The position numbers and the translations under genes were made by a program. 64,000 nucleotides of DNA from Octopus sinensis. Lineage: Eukaryota. The stretch is taken from NCBI RefSeq assembly GCF_006345805.1, contig NC_043015.1:22754001-22818000 (forward strand). The letters are read 5' to 3'. The notes under the pieces were generated by a model. That model saw only the letters and a program-made list of their open reading frames with translations. It did not search any database and was not told where the DNA came from. This document shows, one piece after another, positions 26,991 through 39,769 of the stretch. Position 1 is the stretch's first letter. Every line of letters begins with the position of its first letter.

Positions 26991-28289
26991 CATACGAAGA
27001 CGCTTTTAAATTAGTGAACCCTTTCACTGCTGCTCGGTCAACGATCAGGTTAAATGTAGTAGACGGATTGCAAAGAATAGAATAGAAACACATTGTTCGG
27101 ATTGTTCATTTCTCATTTCTCAGCTTTGCATTTAACGCATTTTACTTCCTGCGGTACTAATATGTATTTCTCTTCTTTTTTTCCGTACATTAACTTATTC
27201 ATTCGAGAATAAGCAATTTTCTTCAGAACAAGTGTTGAAGAATTGTTCATAAGAAAAGAAAAAAATATCCTTCGATGAATTCATTCGCTGCTGACTGAAA
27301 CAGGAACATTATTTTGCAGTGACTCGGCAAGCGATAACGAACATAAAAAGGGAATAGTAAAGATATTTGAAAATGAATATGTATAATAAAGCGGGAAATG
27401 GTGATGACCGAAACACGATTCATAAGGTCAAGGGATTTTGAGAATAAGGAGGAAATATGGGGCAGAATTTATAAAACTTCAGTATGTTACAAGCACTTGT
27501 TTAAAGTAGAAACAACGCTCTAGAGAAGTAGCTTGCATCAGCATTTATTAATATACGATAGATACCAAAGTATTTTCAACGTAATATATAGAATAAAAAT
27601 ATTTCGAACGTTTCACTGGATTCCGATCTGTGGATGAACATAGGCCCAGTGAAATTGCTGATAGGAATTACTGGTTTCGGAACATCATTGGTCGCTTCTG
27701 CAATGAGATGTTGGCTGGGAATGTCCAGTTGTTGGTGGCTTGTCTGTTACTTGTTTGAAGCATTTGTCCCGGCACTGCTTAAATGTTCTGGAGTCTTTTT
27801 CTACTTCATTCTCTTTCGACATAACGCTGAATAAAGTAAGCCGGACCATTTCAAGTATCAAACATGTTGTATCGCAACATTTTTGTGTAATGGCAATACA
27901 ACTTTTGTAGGGGACGAATGACATGTGGTTGGAAACAAAATTTTCTCATGATGTATTTCTTGCCATTCTAAGTATGTTGAAAAACAACGTACAGGTTTGT
28001 TTATTGTCATTATGCACTACAATGAAATGACAAGATGAACGCACAATACTAGAGGTACCAAACCAACCGGCAAACAGATAAGGTTAAACATTGCAAAATT
28101 TCTTCCAAGCCATCGTATTGTTTCCTTGTTGATGTTGCTGCTTTTTCTTTTCTTCCCGTTGCTCCGAGAAGCTTAAAAAAAAGAGAGATACGTCAATCAC
28201 TATACTATTTCCATTGTTTTATTGCTGTTGTTGTTGAATCCTCATGATCATCATCTCCATTATTATCATTATTGTTGTTCTTGTTGTTT

Positions 28290-28560
28290 TCGCATTCTCT
28301 GCTTGAGGTTCACCCCTCGTAGGGTTTATGTGGTTACCGGTTTACAATCTGTAACGTTGGGTATCCACAAGTTTTCAGTAGTCTTTCAAGTGCTTAGAAT
28401 CCTACTGACAATCCTTGCTCTCTCTAACAGGTAAACTTTCTGAAGGAGCTCTACAAGGCGTTCTATTCAATTTTTTCTCCAGCCATTTGTCTATATCTTT
28501 ACTTACCGTTTCCAACACCCGAATTATTATAGGTACGGACATCCTCAGCTTTATTTTGCT
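28290..28560 (-). mobile_element. 3' end fragment of a degraded RLE retrotransposon
   Basis: Minus strand reads VPIIIRVLETVSK..ELLQKVYLLERARIVSRILST*, resembling the PIIIGALG..LQK..LLGTARILR terminus. Confidence 0.55.
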
Positions 28561-28619
28561 AGGTATGAGGGTAAAGTATCAGCTGCTCACAGCCAGTAGA
28601 CTAATGTGACGGGAGTTTA

Positions 28620-29578
28620 CTGATCATGCTTCAAGAACAATGTAGTTCAAATTGGTGTTGGTTTTTGTAGGTTACTTATCATTACATTCGCTCCTGTCCT
28701 TTCCATCCATGTTGAAAGTTGTGTAATGATATTTCCAAGTGTGCAATTACAATTGGTTTCTCGCATAATTCCTTCGCTGCCCACAACGTGAGTATTTCCC
28801 ACTTTAATTCATCATAGTTGTTGACTTCTGATTTCTCTGCAATCCTGCTTTCGCCGGGACATGCTGTGTCAATTATTAGGCAACGTTTCCTTTTTGTTAA
28901 CTGAAACAATGTCAGGTCTTTAATTTTTTTAGGTAATGGACACAATGAATCGTTACATCCCGTAGGATTTTGTAATGTTTATTTTCAGTAACACCTTGTT
29001 GGATTGTGTGATGCCACGTCTTTGATCATTCTATGCCAAAATTCTTCAAAGCACCTAAAGGATAATTCTTGCTCCATTGTGTATCACCTTTTGCATTCAC
29101 GTTATGCTAACATCGGGCACTTATTAATAGTGTGCCATAGTGTTTCATCCCTCTAGCCACACATTTTGTATTTTGTAGAACTCGGGTATTTTATCAAGTC
29201 TGCAATGTTTCTTCTTCTGCAGCTCATATAAATTCTTCTGCTTTTTTCTAAAATCACTCTTCTGCATGCGTTCACACTGGCCATCTGTATCTGTCTTTGC
29301 TCTCGTATCTCTTGTAAACCGACCATACAGTTATTTACTTCTATACTATATCTCTAATTTGCCTCTTTCAATTTCTCATTCCCAACATAATTATCAGTTT
29401 TCATGATACTGGACTTCTTCAGAGGCATCAGCTACGGTCCAACATAAGTTTTTACTTTCCATTCTAAACTGATAACTCTCAGTCGAATCAATCCTGGCAA
29501 ATGATTTCGACTTACGGATCCATCTCAGTCTGTGTAAGTACCCTTGAGTTTTTCTGGATAATCGCAAACGGTTAGTGG
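28620..29578 (-). mobile_element. Degraded RLE retrotransposon fragment (family F)
   Basis: RCLIIDTACPGESRIAEK..YDELKWEI..PIVI (28682-28945), preceded by a broken LYGRF region and knuckle remnant. Confidence 0.65.
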
Positions 29579-29604
29579 GATTTATTATTATTATTATTAT
29601 TATT

Positions 29605-30907
29605 CTATGTTTGACTTTTGCTTTATGTCTGTACAAGTTGGCTCCAAGTCTCGCCCAGAGACCTCAAGAGACAACGGGTTGGAAGTTCTGTGCCATATAT
29701 TTGGGGTTTTTTTTGTGTTGTACTAGTGAATGTCTAATACATAAAAAAAATAATAAATAAATTTTAAAAAAATTTAAAAAATAAAAATAAGAATAAAAAA
29801 AAAAGTTTGTTTTAAACCTTGGGACTACATAGAGAGTATTTTGCGTAGGATATGAGCAGTTCCCATGAGCACTATCTTTTGAATTTCTGCCATTTTGGGG
29901 TTTCCTGGTATCTGAGTTAGGTAGCAATCAGTCCCTTTCGCTATCATTCCCAGGGCACCTACGACAACAGGTATTGTTTTAGTCTTCAGCTTCCACATTT
30001 TGCTGATTTCTATTTCAAGATCTTCATATTTGCTCAGTTTTTGGTAGGTCTTGACAGATACGTTTATATCGATTGGGACAGTCATATCAATGAGGAGGCA
30101 TATTCTTTGTCTGAAGACTTTCAATATGATGTCTGGCATATTTGCATCTATCTTTCTGTCAGTTTGAATGGTGAAGTTACAGAGGAGTGAGAGGTGGTCA
30201 TTTTCAAGCACTGGAGGTGGATTGTGTTCCCACCAGTTTTTTTCATGGGGCAAATCCAGGTTTTTGCAAATTACCCAGTGAATATATTGTGCAGCTCTAT
30301 CAAGCCTGTTGAGGTACTCTGTAGGCGCTAGAAGACTGCATTTTGAGACAACATGATCAATGGTTTCATTTTGTTGTCGGCACACACGATATGTTGGGCT
30401 ACTGCCGTTCTTTAATATGTTGGCCTGGTAGTTTCTTGTTGGTAGGCATTGATCTTGAGCTGCTAAGATAAACCCCTCTGTTTCAGATTTTCAGCCAGAG
30501 GCCATTAGCCATTGATGGGTCAGGGCTTTGTCAATATCTGCATTATTCGCTCTCTTTGGGTATTTGCCATAGAGAGGTTTTTCTTGCCATTTATTATTCA
30601 GAATATCTAAGAGCGCAGTTTTGGCACGGGTTTTCATGCGCCTAGCTTTTACTGTGCTTGTTTCTTGTATGTCTATCTCTAATTCCGAAATTGGTTGTAT
30701 TCGGAATTCACTTAGATATTCCTTTGCCTGTTTTGTGACTGAGTATGATGCTTTCTTGTTTTCATGTTTTGAGACAAGTTTTAACATCCAGTCCTCAGAG
30801 TTTTTAAGGTAGGTATCTAGGCCAATTGTAGCAATCTTCATTGTTATTGCCAGTTGCAAAAGACCACGGCCTCCCTCTTTTCTTGGCAGATAGAGTCATT
30901 CTGTATC
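29605..30907 (-). mobile_element. Family B copy, 5'-truncated, within (ATT)n
   Basis: ORFs 30491-30859 and 29825-30385 nearly identical to 20411-21712; conserved 3' end; (ATT)n on both sides. Confidence 0.93.
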
Positions 30908-30975
<68 letters not shown>

Positions 30976-30994
30976 ATTAATATTATTATTATTA

Positions 30995-31038
<44 letters not shown>

Positions 31039-31040
<2 letters not shown>

Positions 31041-31504
31041 GACTAGCCGTCTGATAAGGGTACACTAGGCACATGCATCACAAACATATGTGCGCGACAT
31101 GGTGATCTCATATCAAGATAAACGGCACATGACCTTGCAGGTGGGGCCCAGTTAGAATTTTCTACAGGTCGAGTAACGCATCCCACTCGAAAGGTCCCTT
31201 AATAAGGGTTGTTTAAGGATGTTGAACGAAACACCCATGTTTCCAGAGGTGAATTATTCAAACCCCAAAGAATCCCTCTAAACACATGGCTATGATGCAC
31301 CCCCAGAGATACACATATCGTCAGCCACTAAGGGACATGCTCAACTGGTTAAAGTCAAACAAATGACAAGCAAATCTGTGGTATTGAGCAGAATATTTGC
31401 TGTAGACCATCTTTTATACCAAGACCAAACAATGTACATGATAACACTTCCAATCAGTTAAGATCAGAAGCCATGAGAGCTACTGCCTGGTACTGCATCA
31501 GGGC
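31039..31504. mobile_element. Element X, copy lacking ~70 bp at its left end
   Basis: High similarity to 31575-32127; (ATT)n on both sides. Confidence 0.9.
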
Positions 31505-31574
<70 letters not shown>

Positions 31575-32127
31575 GAGTGAGAGAGCAGTTCATGCCATCA
31601 AAGTGACACTGGGGTAAAATATACGAAGCCCAATATACACATCATGACTACCCGTCTGATAAAGGTACACCAGGCACATGCATCACACCATATGTGCGCG
31701 ACATGGTGATCTCATATCAAGATAAACAGCACATGACCTTGCAGGTGGGGCCCAGTTAGAATTTTCTTCAGGTTGAGTAGCCCATCCCGCTCAAACGGTC
31801 CCTGAATAAGGGTTGCTTTAGGATGTTGAACGAAACACCTATGTTTCCAGAGGTGAACCATTCAAACTCCAAAGAATCCCTCTCAACACATGGCCATGAT
31901 GCTCCCCCACTACTTCTGCTCGTGATCAGAGATGCACATATCGTCAGCCACTAAGGGACATGCTCAACTGGTTAAGGTCAAACAACTGACAAGCAAATCT
32001 GTGGTATTGAGCAGAATATTTGATGTAGCCCATCTTTTATACCAAGACAAAACAATGTACATGATAACACTTCCAATCAGTTAAGATCAGAAGCCATGAG
32101 AGCCACTGCCTGGTACTGCATCAGGGC
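31575..32127. mobile_element. Element X, complete ~553-bp copy
   Basis: Tandem with the previous copy across (ATT)n; same ends as 7477-8032. Confidence 0.9.
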
Positions 32128-32130
32128 ATC

Positions 32131-32206
<76 letters not shown>

Positions 32207-32208
32207 GG

Positions 32209-32256
<48 letters not shown>

Positions 32257-32298
32257 TTATTATTATTATTGTTTTTGTTGTTTTTGTTGTTGTTGTTG

Positions 32299-32334
<36 letters not shown>

Positions 32335-32360
32335 CATTATTATTATTATTATTATTACTT
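32128..32360. repeat. (ATT)n/(GTT)n compound microsatellite
   Basis: Read directly. Confidence 0.95.
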
Positions 32361-33392
32361 TTTTTTCTTCTTTCAAATTTTCTTCCATTTCTTGCCGAGT
32401 GTCTTCCCGACTCCTAGGGCAAAGAAACTCATAGTGTATATTGGTAGGCCATTAAACCAAACTCAGTAGTTCGTTCATTTTTTTTTTTTTTTAAAGTTAA
32501 GTTAAAATAGATGAGCAGCAACAGTTCTCACATCGACAATGCTCTTCTCAATACGTGTGATGTACCAGTTAAGACAATCTTTTGCACTTCTTGCAGGGAT
32601 GGTAAGCCAGGGGTCATTCTCATATAATTTTCGGTTCCCTTCTTGATCATTCCTAGTACTCCTACGATCACTGGTATTGTAACCGCCTTGAGATGCCACA
32701 TTTTCTCAATTTCAATGAGTAGGTCTTTATATTTTCTGAGCTTGTCAAACTCTTTCGCTGAGATATTATGATCACAGGGGATGCTCATATCGATCAATAA
32801 GCAAACTTTATTGTTTTGGTCTTTCACAACAATATCTGGTTTATTGGCCTTGATGGTTCGGTCTGTATGTACTGGAAAGTCCCACAGAATGGTTACATTT
32901 TCTCCTTCAGTTACAGCCTCAGGGTGGTGATTATACCACTTGTCGGCAGTTTTGATATTGTAATGCCGACTTATTAGCCAGTGGAGATATTGGCCAACTC
33001 TGTCATGTCTTAATTATATTCCACTGGTGCTAAGACTTTACATCCAGAGATTAGGTGGTCCACTGTTTCAATCATGTCGTTGCAGAATCGGCATTTTGGG
33101 TCTGCTCCATTTTTCATCACATTGACCTGGTAGTTCCGGGTTAATAGGCTTTGGTCTTGAGCAGCCAGGATGAAACCTTCGCTCTCTGCTTTTAGCCCTG
33201 AGCTCCGCAGCCACTGATGGGTTTGCTTCTGGTCGACATCAGCTTGTTTGCTGCGGGTCACATATTTGCCGTGCAGCGGTTTCTCCTCCCACCTATCAGC
33301 CAATTGCTCGTGCGCTTTTTTCATTGCCATCATTTTCACCTTCTTTGCAACAATAGTTGCCGTACTTCCCTCGGGTTGTTCAGTTTGGGTAT
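32361..33392 (-). mobile_element. RLE retrotransposon, family G, 5'-truncated
   Basis: WEEKPLHGKY..GLKAESEGFILAAQDQSL..CRFCNDMIETVDHLISGC (33010-33339); CLLIDMSIP..KYKDL..IPVIVGVLG..GTSHVLRRALSM* (32528-32827); distinct 3' UTR. Confidence 0.88.
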
Positions 33393-33403
33393 AATTATTA
33401 TTA

Positions 33404-33491
<88 letters not shown>

Positions 33492-33558
33492 GTTATTATT
33501 ATTGTTATTATTATTGCTATTATTGTTGTTTTTATTGTTGTTATTATTGTTATTATTA

Positions 33559-33589
<31 letters not shown>

Positions 33590-33602
33590 CATCATCATTA
33601 TT

Positions 33603-33689
<87 letters not shown>
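33393..33689. repeat. (ATT/GTT/ATC)n compound microsatellite
   Basis: Read directly. Confidence 0.95.
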
Positions 33690-33692
<3 letters not shown>

Positions 33693-33842
33693 TAGTTTTA
33701 TTTTTATAGCGTGCTTTCACTTCACTACCGAGCGCAACTCTGTGTGCCTTGGGTATGTGCTGTGATTTGTTGTGATGCTCTGATGGTTATTGTATGGAAA
33801 GTGTTCTGTGTAGGATGTGTGCAGTGCCTAGTAATGCAATTT
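33690..33842 (-). mobile_element. Family A 3'-end-only insertion (~150 bp)
   Basis: Reverse complement matches 2908-3060, including the ..aaaactactg terminus; (ATT)n on both sides. Confidence 0.88.
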
Positions 33843-33852
33843 ATTATTATTA

Positions 33853-33896
<44 letters not shown>

Positions 33897-34008
33897 ATTA
33901 TTATTATTATTATTATATTATTATTATTATTATTATTATATTATTATTATTATTTTTATTTTTATTATTATTATTGTTATTATTATTATTATCATTATTA
34001 TTATTATT

Positions 34009-37000
34009 CTGTAGATTTATTTTTATAGCGTGATTTCACTTCACTACAAAGCGCAGCTCTGTGTGTCTTGGGTGTATGCTGTGATTTGATGCTCTTATGG
34101 TTATTGTATGGAAAGTGTTCTGCGTAGGATGTGTGCAGTGCCTAGTAGTGCAATTTTCTGTATGTTATATGCGTTTGTACGTCCTGGGGTTTATGTTATG
34201 TATTTGGCTCAGAAACCTGGACGTTATCAAAGAAGCTTGAGAGGCGGTTGGATGGAACCTACACTCGCCTCCTTATGAGAGCTCAAAATCTCTTGTGGAG
34301 GCGCCATCCAACTAATATTCAAATATATGGGAAATTACCACCTGTGTCATCTCTTGTGAAAGGTAGGAGAGTCCAGTTTGCTGGACATTATTGTAGAGCT
34401 GAAAAAGAAGTAATTTCTACTCTTCTCCTCTGGAAGCCATCTACTCGCAACACCAGAGGGCGCACGCTCTCCTACCCTGATGTAATCTCCAGGGATACAG
34501 GCATCCAGCAACAGGACCTCCGTAATGCTATGATGGACCGTGAAGTCTGGCGCAACATGGTAAATTCCATTGTCTCGACCACGGTCGAACAATGATGATG
34601 ATGATGTATTTGTCAGTATTTTTTAATCATGCCCAATTCACCTACCATGATAGGAATTGTTTCTGTTTTTAGATTCCACATTCGAGTTAACTCTATTTCC
34701 AGGTCTTTGTATTTTGAAAGTTTTTCCATTTCTTTTAGAGAAACATTGTCATCTGCTGGTATTGATACATCAATTAGAAATCATTTTTTTTTCATTATCT
34801 CTGACAACTAAGTCTGGCCTGTTGGCCTTAATTTCTCTATCTTTGTGTATTGGCATATCCCAGAGTATGGTTTCTTTCTCGTTTTCTGTGAACTTTTCTG
34901 GCGTGTGCCTATACCATATTCTTTTCTGTTGTTATTCCTTAATGTAAGCATAGCTTCCAGTGTATATAGGTCCCAACTCTGTCATGTCTGTGAATATATT
35001 CCTTCTTAGCCAGGACTAGGCAGCCAGAGATAATATGATTTATTGTTTCTTGTCCATCTCCACATATTCTGCAGTTACTTGTTTTATTTCTTTTCATTAC
35101 ATGTTTTTGGTAATTTCTGGTGGGGAGGCTTTGGTCTTGTGCTGCAATTAAAAATCCTTCAGTCTCTGCTTCGAGTCCTGAGCTTCTCAACCATTGCTGG
35201 TATTTTTCTTTGTCTATTTCTTTTGCATTTTGTTTAGTCCAGTATTTGCAATGAAGTGGCTTTTCTTGCCAACATTTTATCATGGTTCGTTGCTGTTCTA
35301 GTTTTAGTTTGGATTTCATTTGTTTTATAGCTTTTGTTGTTACTTTATCTTCTTCTTCTTCATATTTGTTATGTGGTATGATTTCTTGTTTGTATTTGTC
35401 AGCTTCCTTAAATACTGAGAACGGTTTTTTGTTTCCCTCGTGTTTTGCCGCTATTTTATCAGTTTTCCTTCCTTCTGAAGTGGATATTTTTGCAGTCCAA
35501 TGGTGGTTATTTTATAGTAGTTTTCCAGCTGTATAAGGCCTCTACCACCTTATACGTTGTATATATAGCGCTTCTATGTAGATTTTGGCTGATGCATCCT
35601 AGATCCTGTCAGTATTTTTTTTGTTTTCCTATCTATTTTGGTCAGTTCATTTAGTGTCCAGTTAAGGATATTGTAGCTGTAACATATAACTGTGACAGCT
35701 AAAGTGTTAATACCTATTATCTTGTTTTTAGTATTGAGCTCTGTTTTTAGTATTGATCTAACTCGTTTATAATATTCTTTTTATATTTTCTCTTTCATTT
35801 GTGTGTGTTGTGTCTTATCTAGTTCATGGATTCCTAAGTATTTGTAAGTTTGGCTTTGGTCTAATTCTTTTATTTCATTGTGTTTATATAGTGTGATGTT
35901 GCTACTCTTAACTAGTTTTCCTCTTTTCATAGTTACTTTGGCGCATTTTTCTAATCCAAATTTCATATCTATTTCTTTGGTAATGCCATGAACTGTCTTT
36001 AGTAGAGTTCCCAGCTGTTTGTCAGTTGTTGCGTATAGTTTTAGATCATCCATATTTAAAAGGTGGCTGATCGTTTTGCCGTAACATTTATATCCGCATC
36101 CAGTTCTATTTAGCATATCAGATAGAGGTGACAGTGCCAAGCAAAAAGGAGTAGAGAGAGCGTATCTGCCTGGATTATCTCCTCTTCTAATGGAGATGGC
36201 TTTGGTTTTTACCAGTCCCTATTTTGTTTGGAGCTGTAGCACTGTCTGCCATTTATTCATAGAGTGTCCTATGTATTTTATAATAGCTGATGTTACTTTG
36301 TTAATGGCTAGTGTATCTAGGATCCATTTGTGGGGGATGCTATCAAACGCCTTTCTGTAGTCGATCCAGGCCATACTGAGGCTTTTCATCTTTCTGTGGC
36401 TGTCTTCAGTTATGGCTTTATTGATCATTAGTTGATCTTTACAGCCGTATGAGCCTTTGTGGTATCCTTTCTGCTCTTCCGGAAACATGTTGTTTTCGTC
36501 CAGATACTTGTTCAATCTTAGTGATATTACTGCAGCAAATGCTTTGTACATTGTAGGAAGACAGGTTATAGGTCTGTAGATTTCTGGCTTTGCTGTCTCA
36601 TAGGATTTAGGAATTAAGATGGTTTTCCCCTTCGTGGGCCATCCAGGAATTGTCTATGGCTCTGCCAGTATGTTGTTAAAGTTTTCAGTCAGCTATTTGT
36701 GCATTCCTGTTAGATATTTCAACCAGAAGTTGGGGATCTTGTCATGCCCAGGTGCCTTCCAGATGCTTAGTCTTTGCAGTGCCTGGGTGACCTCTTCAGT
36801 TGTTCTGGAGGCCCAAAGTTGTTCAGATGCTAAATTTGTTGATTTAAAACTTCTTTTGTTTTGTTGTTCATTCGCCGACCATATTTCTGTCCAGAATTCT
36901 TCCACTTCTTCAGCCGTTGGTGCTGCAGTGATGTTTGTTTTATTTTTGCCGAGTTCTTGGTAGGACTTTTGGGGGCTGCAGTTCAACTCTTTGTTTTGTT

Positions 37001-38442
37001 CAAAGAAACGTTGGCGTTTCGCATACCGGTAGATCCTTTGTGCTTTGGCAAGGATATCATGCTTTAGCTTTTCTTTTATCTCAGGTAAATCTTTTTCTGT
37101 GATGTTGTATTTGCACAGTAATTTTGTTTTCTTTTTGTTGTTTAGTAGCGTTGATTGTCTACTGATTTCGTTAAGAATCGACAGATCTTTTCTCATTTTT
37201 TGTATTTTCTTATGTTAGTTATCCACAGGGATTGTTTGGGTGGTGGTACTCCTATTTGATGGGTTTAAGGGAGTATCCAGCTTCTTTTGTGGTTGCAGTG
37301 GCTGCTGTATATACAAAGTCATTTATCTCAGTGATATTGCTATTTGTTTCAGTGGCTGTTGGTTCAGTGACACTTAGGTTTATGCTATTTATAATTGATG
37401 TTTTTTTGTCTATTTTTATTTTTGGGATGGTCCATTTTGAGATTTGTGATTTTCGGTATCATAATTATTAGGCCCCTCTTCGTTGTTTCCAGGTTTTAGA
37501 TTTGTGTCGCTTTCTTTCTCATTCGTATGTTTGTCTGTCGTGTTTTGGCTTGCTGCTTGTCGTGCATTATTATGCATCCTTACGGTCTGATTCTGTTGTT
37601 TGTTGTTTACATAGATTTTGTTGGGAACGTGACGTGTTTTACTATCTCAGTGTTTATATTATTTGGCATTGTTGTGTAGCTTCTATCTACATTTTCCTGG
37701 TGTATTTTTTCTTTTAAATGTTCTATTTCTATTTCTGATATCTTTTTTTTTTGCATTGAGAATATATATTCGACCATTAGCTAGTTTATTATGGTTCATT
37801 GCTGTATCCAAGTCTTTATTTATGTTATTTTGCTTCTATATTTTATATGTATATTTTGTTTTGTTTTCGCTCTTTGGGTAGAGCACTGCTGTAAAATAAG
37901 CGTGAAGGATTCAAATGTATTCCTCACGTGTCCATTTATGCCTTTTTGGTTTTATTTGCGGGACATGAGGAACAACGTCCGACCCATTATTTTGACGGTC
38001 GTCATTTTCGTAGGGTACCGGAACGTTCATTTCTGTTGTCACATTGTTTTGCACGTGTATTTTTTCGTACTTTTTGTGTAACAAATTTAAAGTACGCACT
38101 CCCTGATTGTTATTCTTGGGTTGAATAATATCGGTATTATTTAATTTGTTCGTAGTTCCTTTGTACATGGGGCCGGAGATGACCTGGTGTTGATGGATCA
38201 TAATGTATCAAGCTTGTTTACATGTTGTGCTGTGTTAGGGGTGGAGATGATATCGAGTTAAAATACATAATTTCGTTTGGAAAATAGTAATAAATTTCAA
38301 TGAGTATTACTTACTCGGATATAGTCCAATATTTGTCAGTTATTTTTTGGCTCCATGCGATGTCTTTGTTTCCGATGTTTTGTGGATAGATTTATGAGCA
38401 CTGTTTTATCGCTCTCACATGTTAAACGTCCCCAGTGTTCTC
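34009..38442 (-). mobile_element. Apparently full-length family A RLE retrotransposon (~4.0 kb without nested insert), inactivated
   Basis: ~240-nt 5' UTR, N-terminal ORF (37911-38201, KRHKWTREEY), pre-RT (36693-37196), RT (36219-36551, 35781-36140), knuckle (34939-35319), RLE, 3' UTR; (ATT)n at both ends. Confidence 0.92.
34207..34603 (+). mobile_element. 3' end of RTE-like LINE nested in family A
   Basis: ORF 34248-34595 RRVQFAGHYCR..LLLWKP..RGRTLSYPD..AMMDREVWR; (TGA)n tail; TSD atgtatttg at 34198-34206 and 34604-34612. Clade assignment is tentative. Confidence 0.8.
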
Positions 38443-38463
38443 ATTATTATTATTATTGTTATT

Positions 38464-39388
38464 CAGTAGTTTTATTTTTTAGCGAGCTTTTACTTCACTA
38501 CAAAGCGCAGCTCTGTGTGCCTTGGTTATGTGCTGTGGTTTGTTGTGATGCTCTTATGGTTACTGTATTGAGAGTGTTTTAGGTAGGATATGTGCAATGT
38601 CCAGTAGTGCAACTTTCTGTATGTTATATATATTTGTAAGTCCTAGTGTTTTTGTTATGTATTTTCCGAATATTTTTTTATCATACCTAATGTGGCTACT
38701 ATGATAGGAATTGTTTGTGTTTTTAGATTCCACATTCGAGTTACCTCTATTTCCAGGTCTCTGCATTTTGAAAGTTTCTCCATTTCTTTTAGAGAAACAT
38801 TGTCATCTGCTGGTATTGATACATCAATTAGAAATCATATTTTTCGTCATGATCTCTGACAACTATATCTGGATTATTGGCCTTAATTTCTCTTTGTGTA
38901 TTGGCATATCCTAGAGTATGGTTACTTTCTCGTTTTCTGTGAACTTTTCTGGCGTGTGCCTATACCATATTTTTTCTGTTGTTATTCCATAATGTAAGCA
39001 TAGCTTCCAGTGTATGTAGGTTCCAACTCTGTCATGTCTGTGAATATATTCCTTCTTAGCCAGGACTGGGCAGCGAGAGATAATATGACTTATTGTTTCT
39101 TGCCCATCTCCACATATCCTGCAGTTACTTGTTTTATTTCTTTTCATTACATGTTTTTGGTAATTTCTGGTGGGGAGGCTTTGGTCTTGTGCTGCAATTA
39201 AAAATCCTTCTGTCTCTGCTTTGAGTCCTGAGCTTCTCAACATTTGTTGGAATTTTTCTCTGTCTATTTCTTTTGCCGTTAGTTTAGTCCAGTATTTGTC
39301 ATGAGGGGGTTCTTCACATCGCTGTATCATAGTCCGTCGTTGTTCTAGTTTTAGTTTGGATTTCATTTGTTTTATATCTTTTGTTGTT

Positions 39389-39420
<32 letters not shown>

Positions 39421-39530
39421 TTCTTCTTCTTCTTCTTCTTCTTCTTCTTCTTCTTCTTCTTCTTCTTCTTCTTCTTCTTCTTCTTCTTCTTCTTCTTCTT
39501 CTTCTTCTTCTTCTTCTTCTTCTTCTTCTT

Positions 39531-39561
<31 letters not shown>

Positions 39562-39768
39562 ATATTTGTTAGGTAGTATGCCTTCTTGTATGCATTTGTC
39601 AGCTTCCTTAAATACTGAAAACAGTTTTTTTGCTTGTATTTTGTGGCTATTTGAATTACTTTTCCTTGCTTCTGAAGTAGGTATATTTGCAACCCTTTGG
39701 TGGTTATTTTATTATTGCTCTCCAGCTGTATGAGGCATCTACCACCTATACGTTGTGTATATATATAT
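38464..39768 (-). mobile_element. Family A copy, 5'-truncated, with internal (GAA)n expansion
   Basis: ORF 38911-39366 nearly identical to 2148-2963; same 3' end; begins near the GGRxLIQLE motif. Confidence 0.9.
39388..39560. repeat. (TTC)n tract of ~170 bp inside the family A coding linker
   Basis: Flanked on both sides by family A sequence that holds only ~4 GAA units at 35348-35362. Confidence 0.95.
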
Positions 39769-39769
39769 A

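Noticed and set aside
27634-27924. Short ORFs in a slightly GC-richer unique segment
   Set aside because: No recognisable domain and no convincing splice-site pair.
31904-31914. gtagtggggga (minus strand) in element X resembling the U1 snRNA 3' region
   Set aside because: Only ~11 nt match; the rest of U1 is absent.
29579-39768. Repeat-spacer alternation that superficially resembles a CRISPR array
   Set aside because: The repeats are variable-length microsatellites, the spacers are retroelements, there are no cas genes, and the context is eukaryotic.
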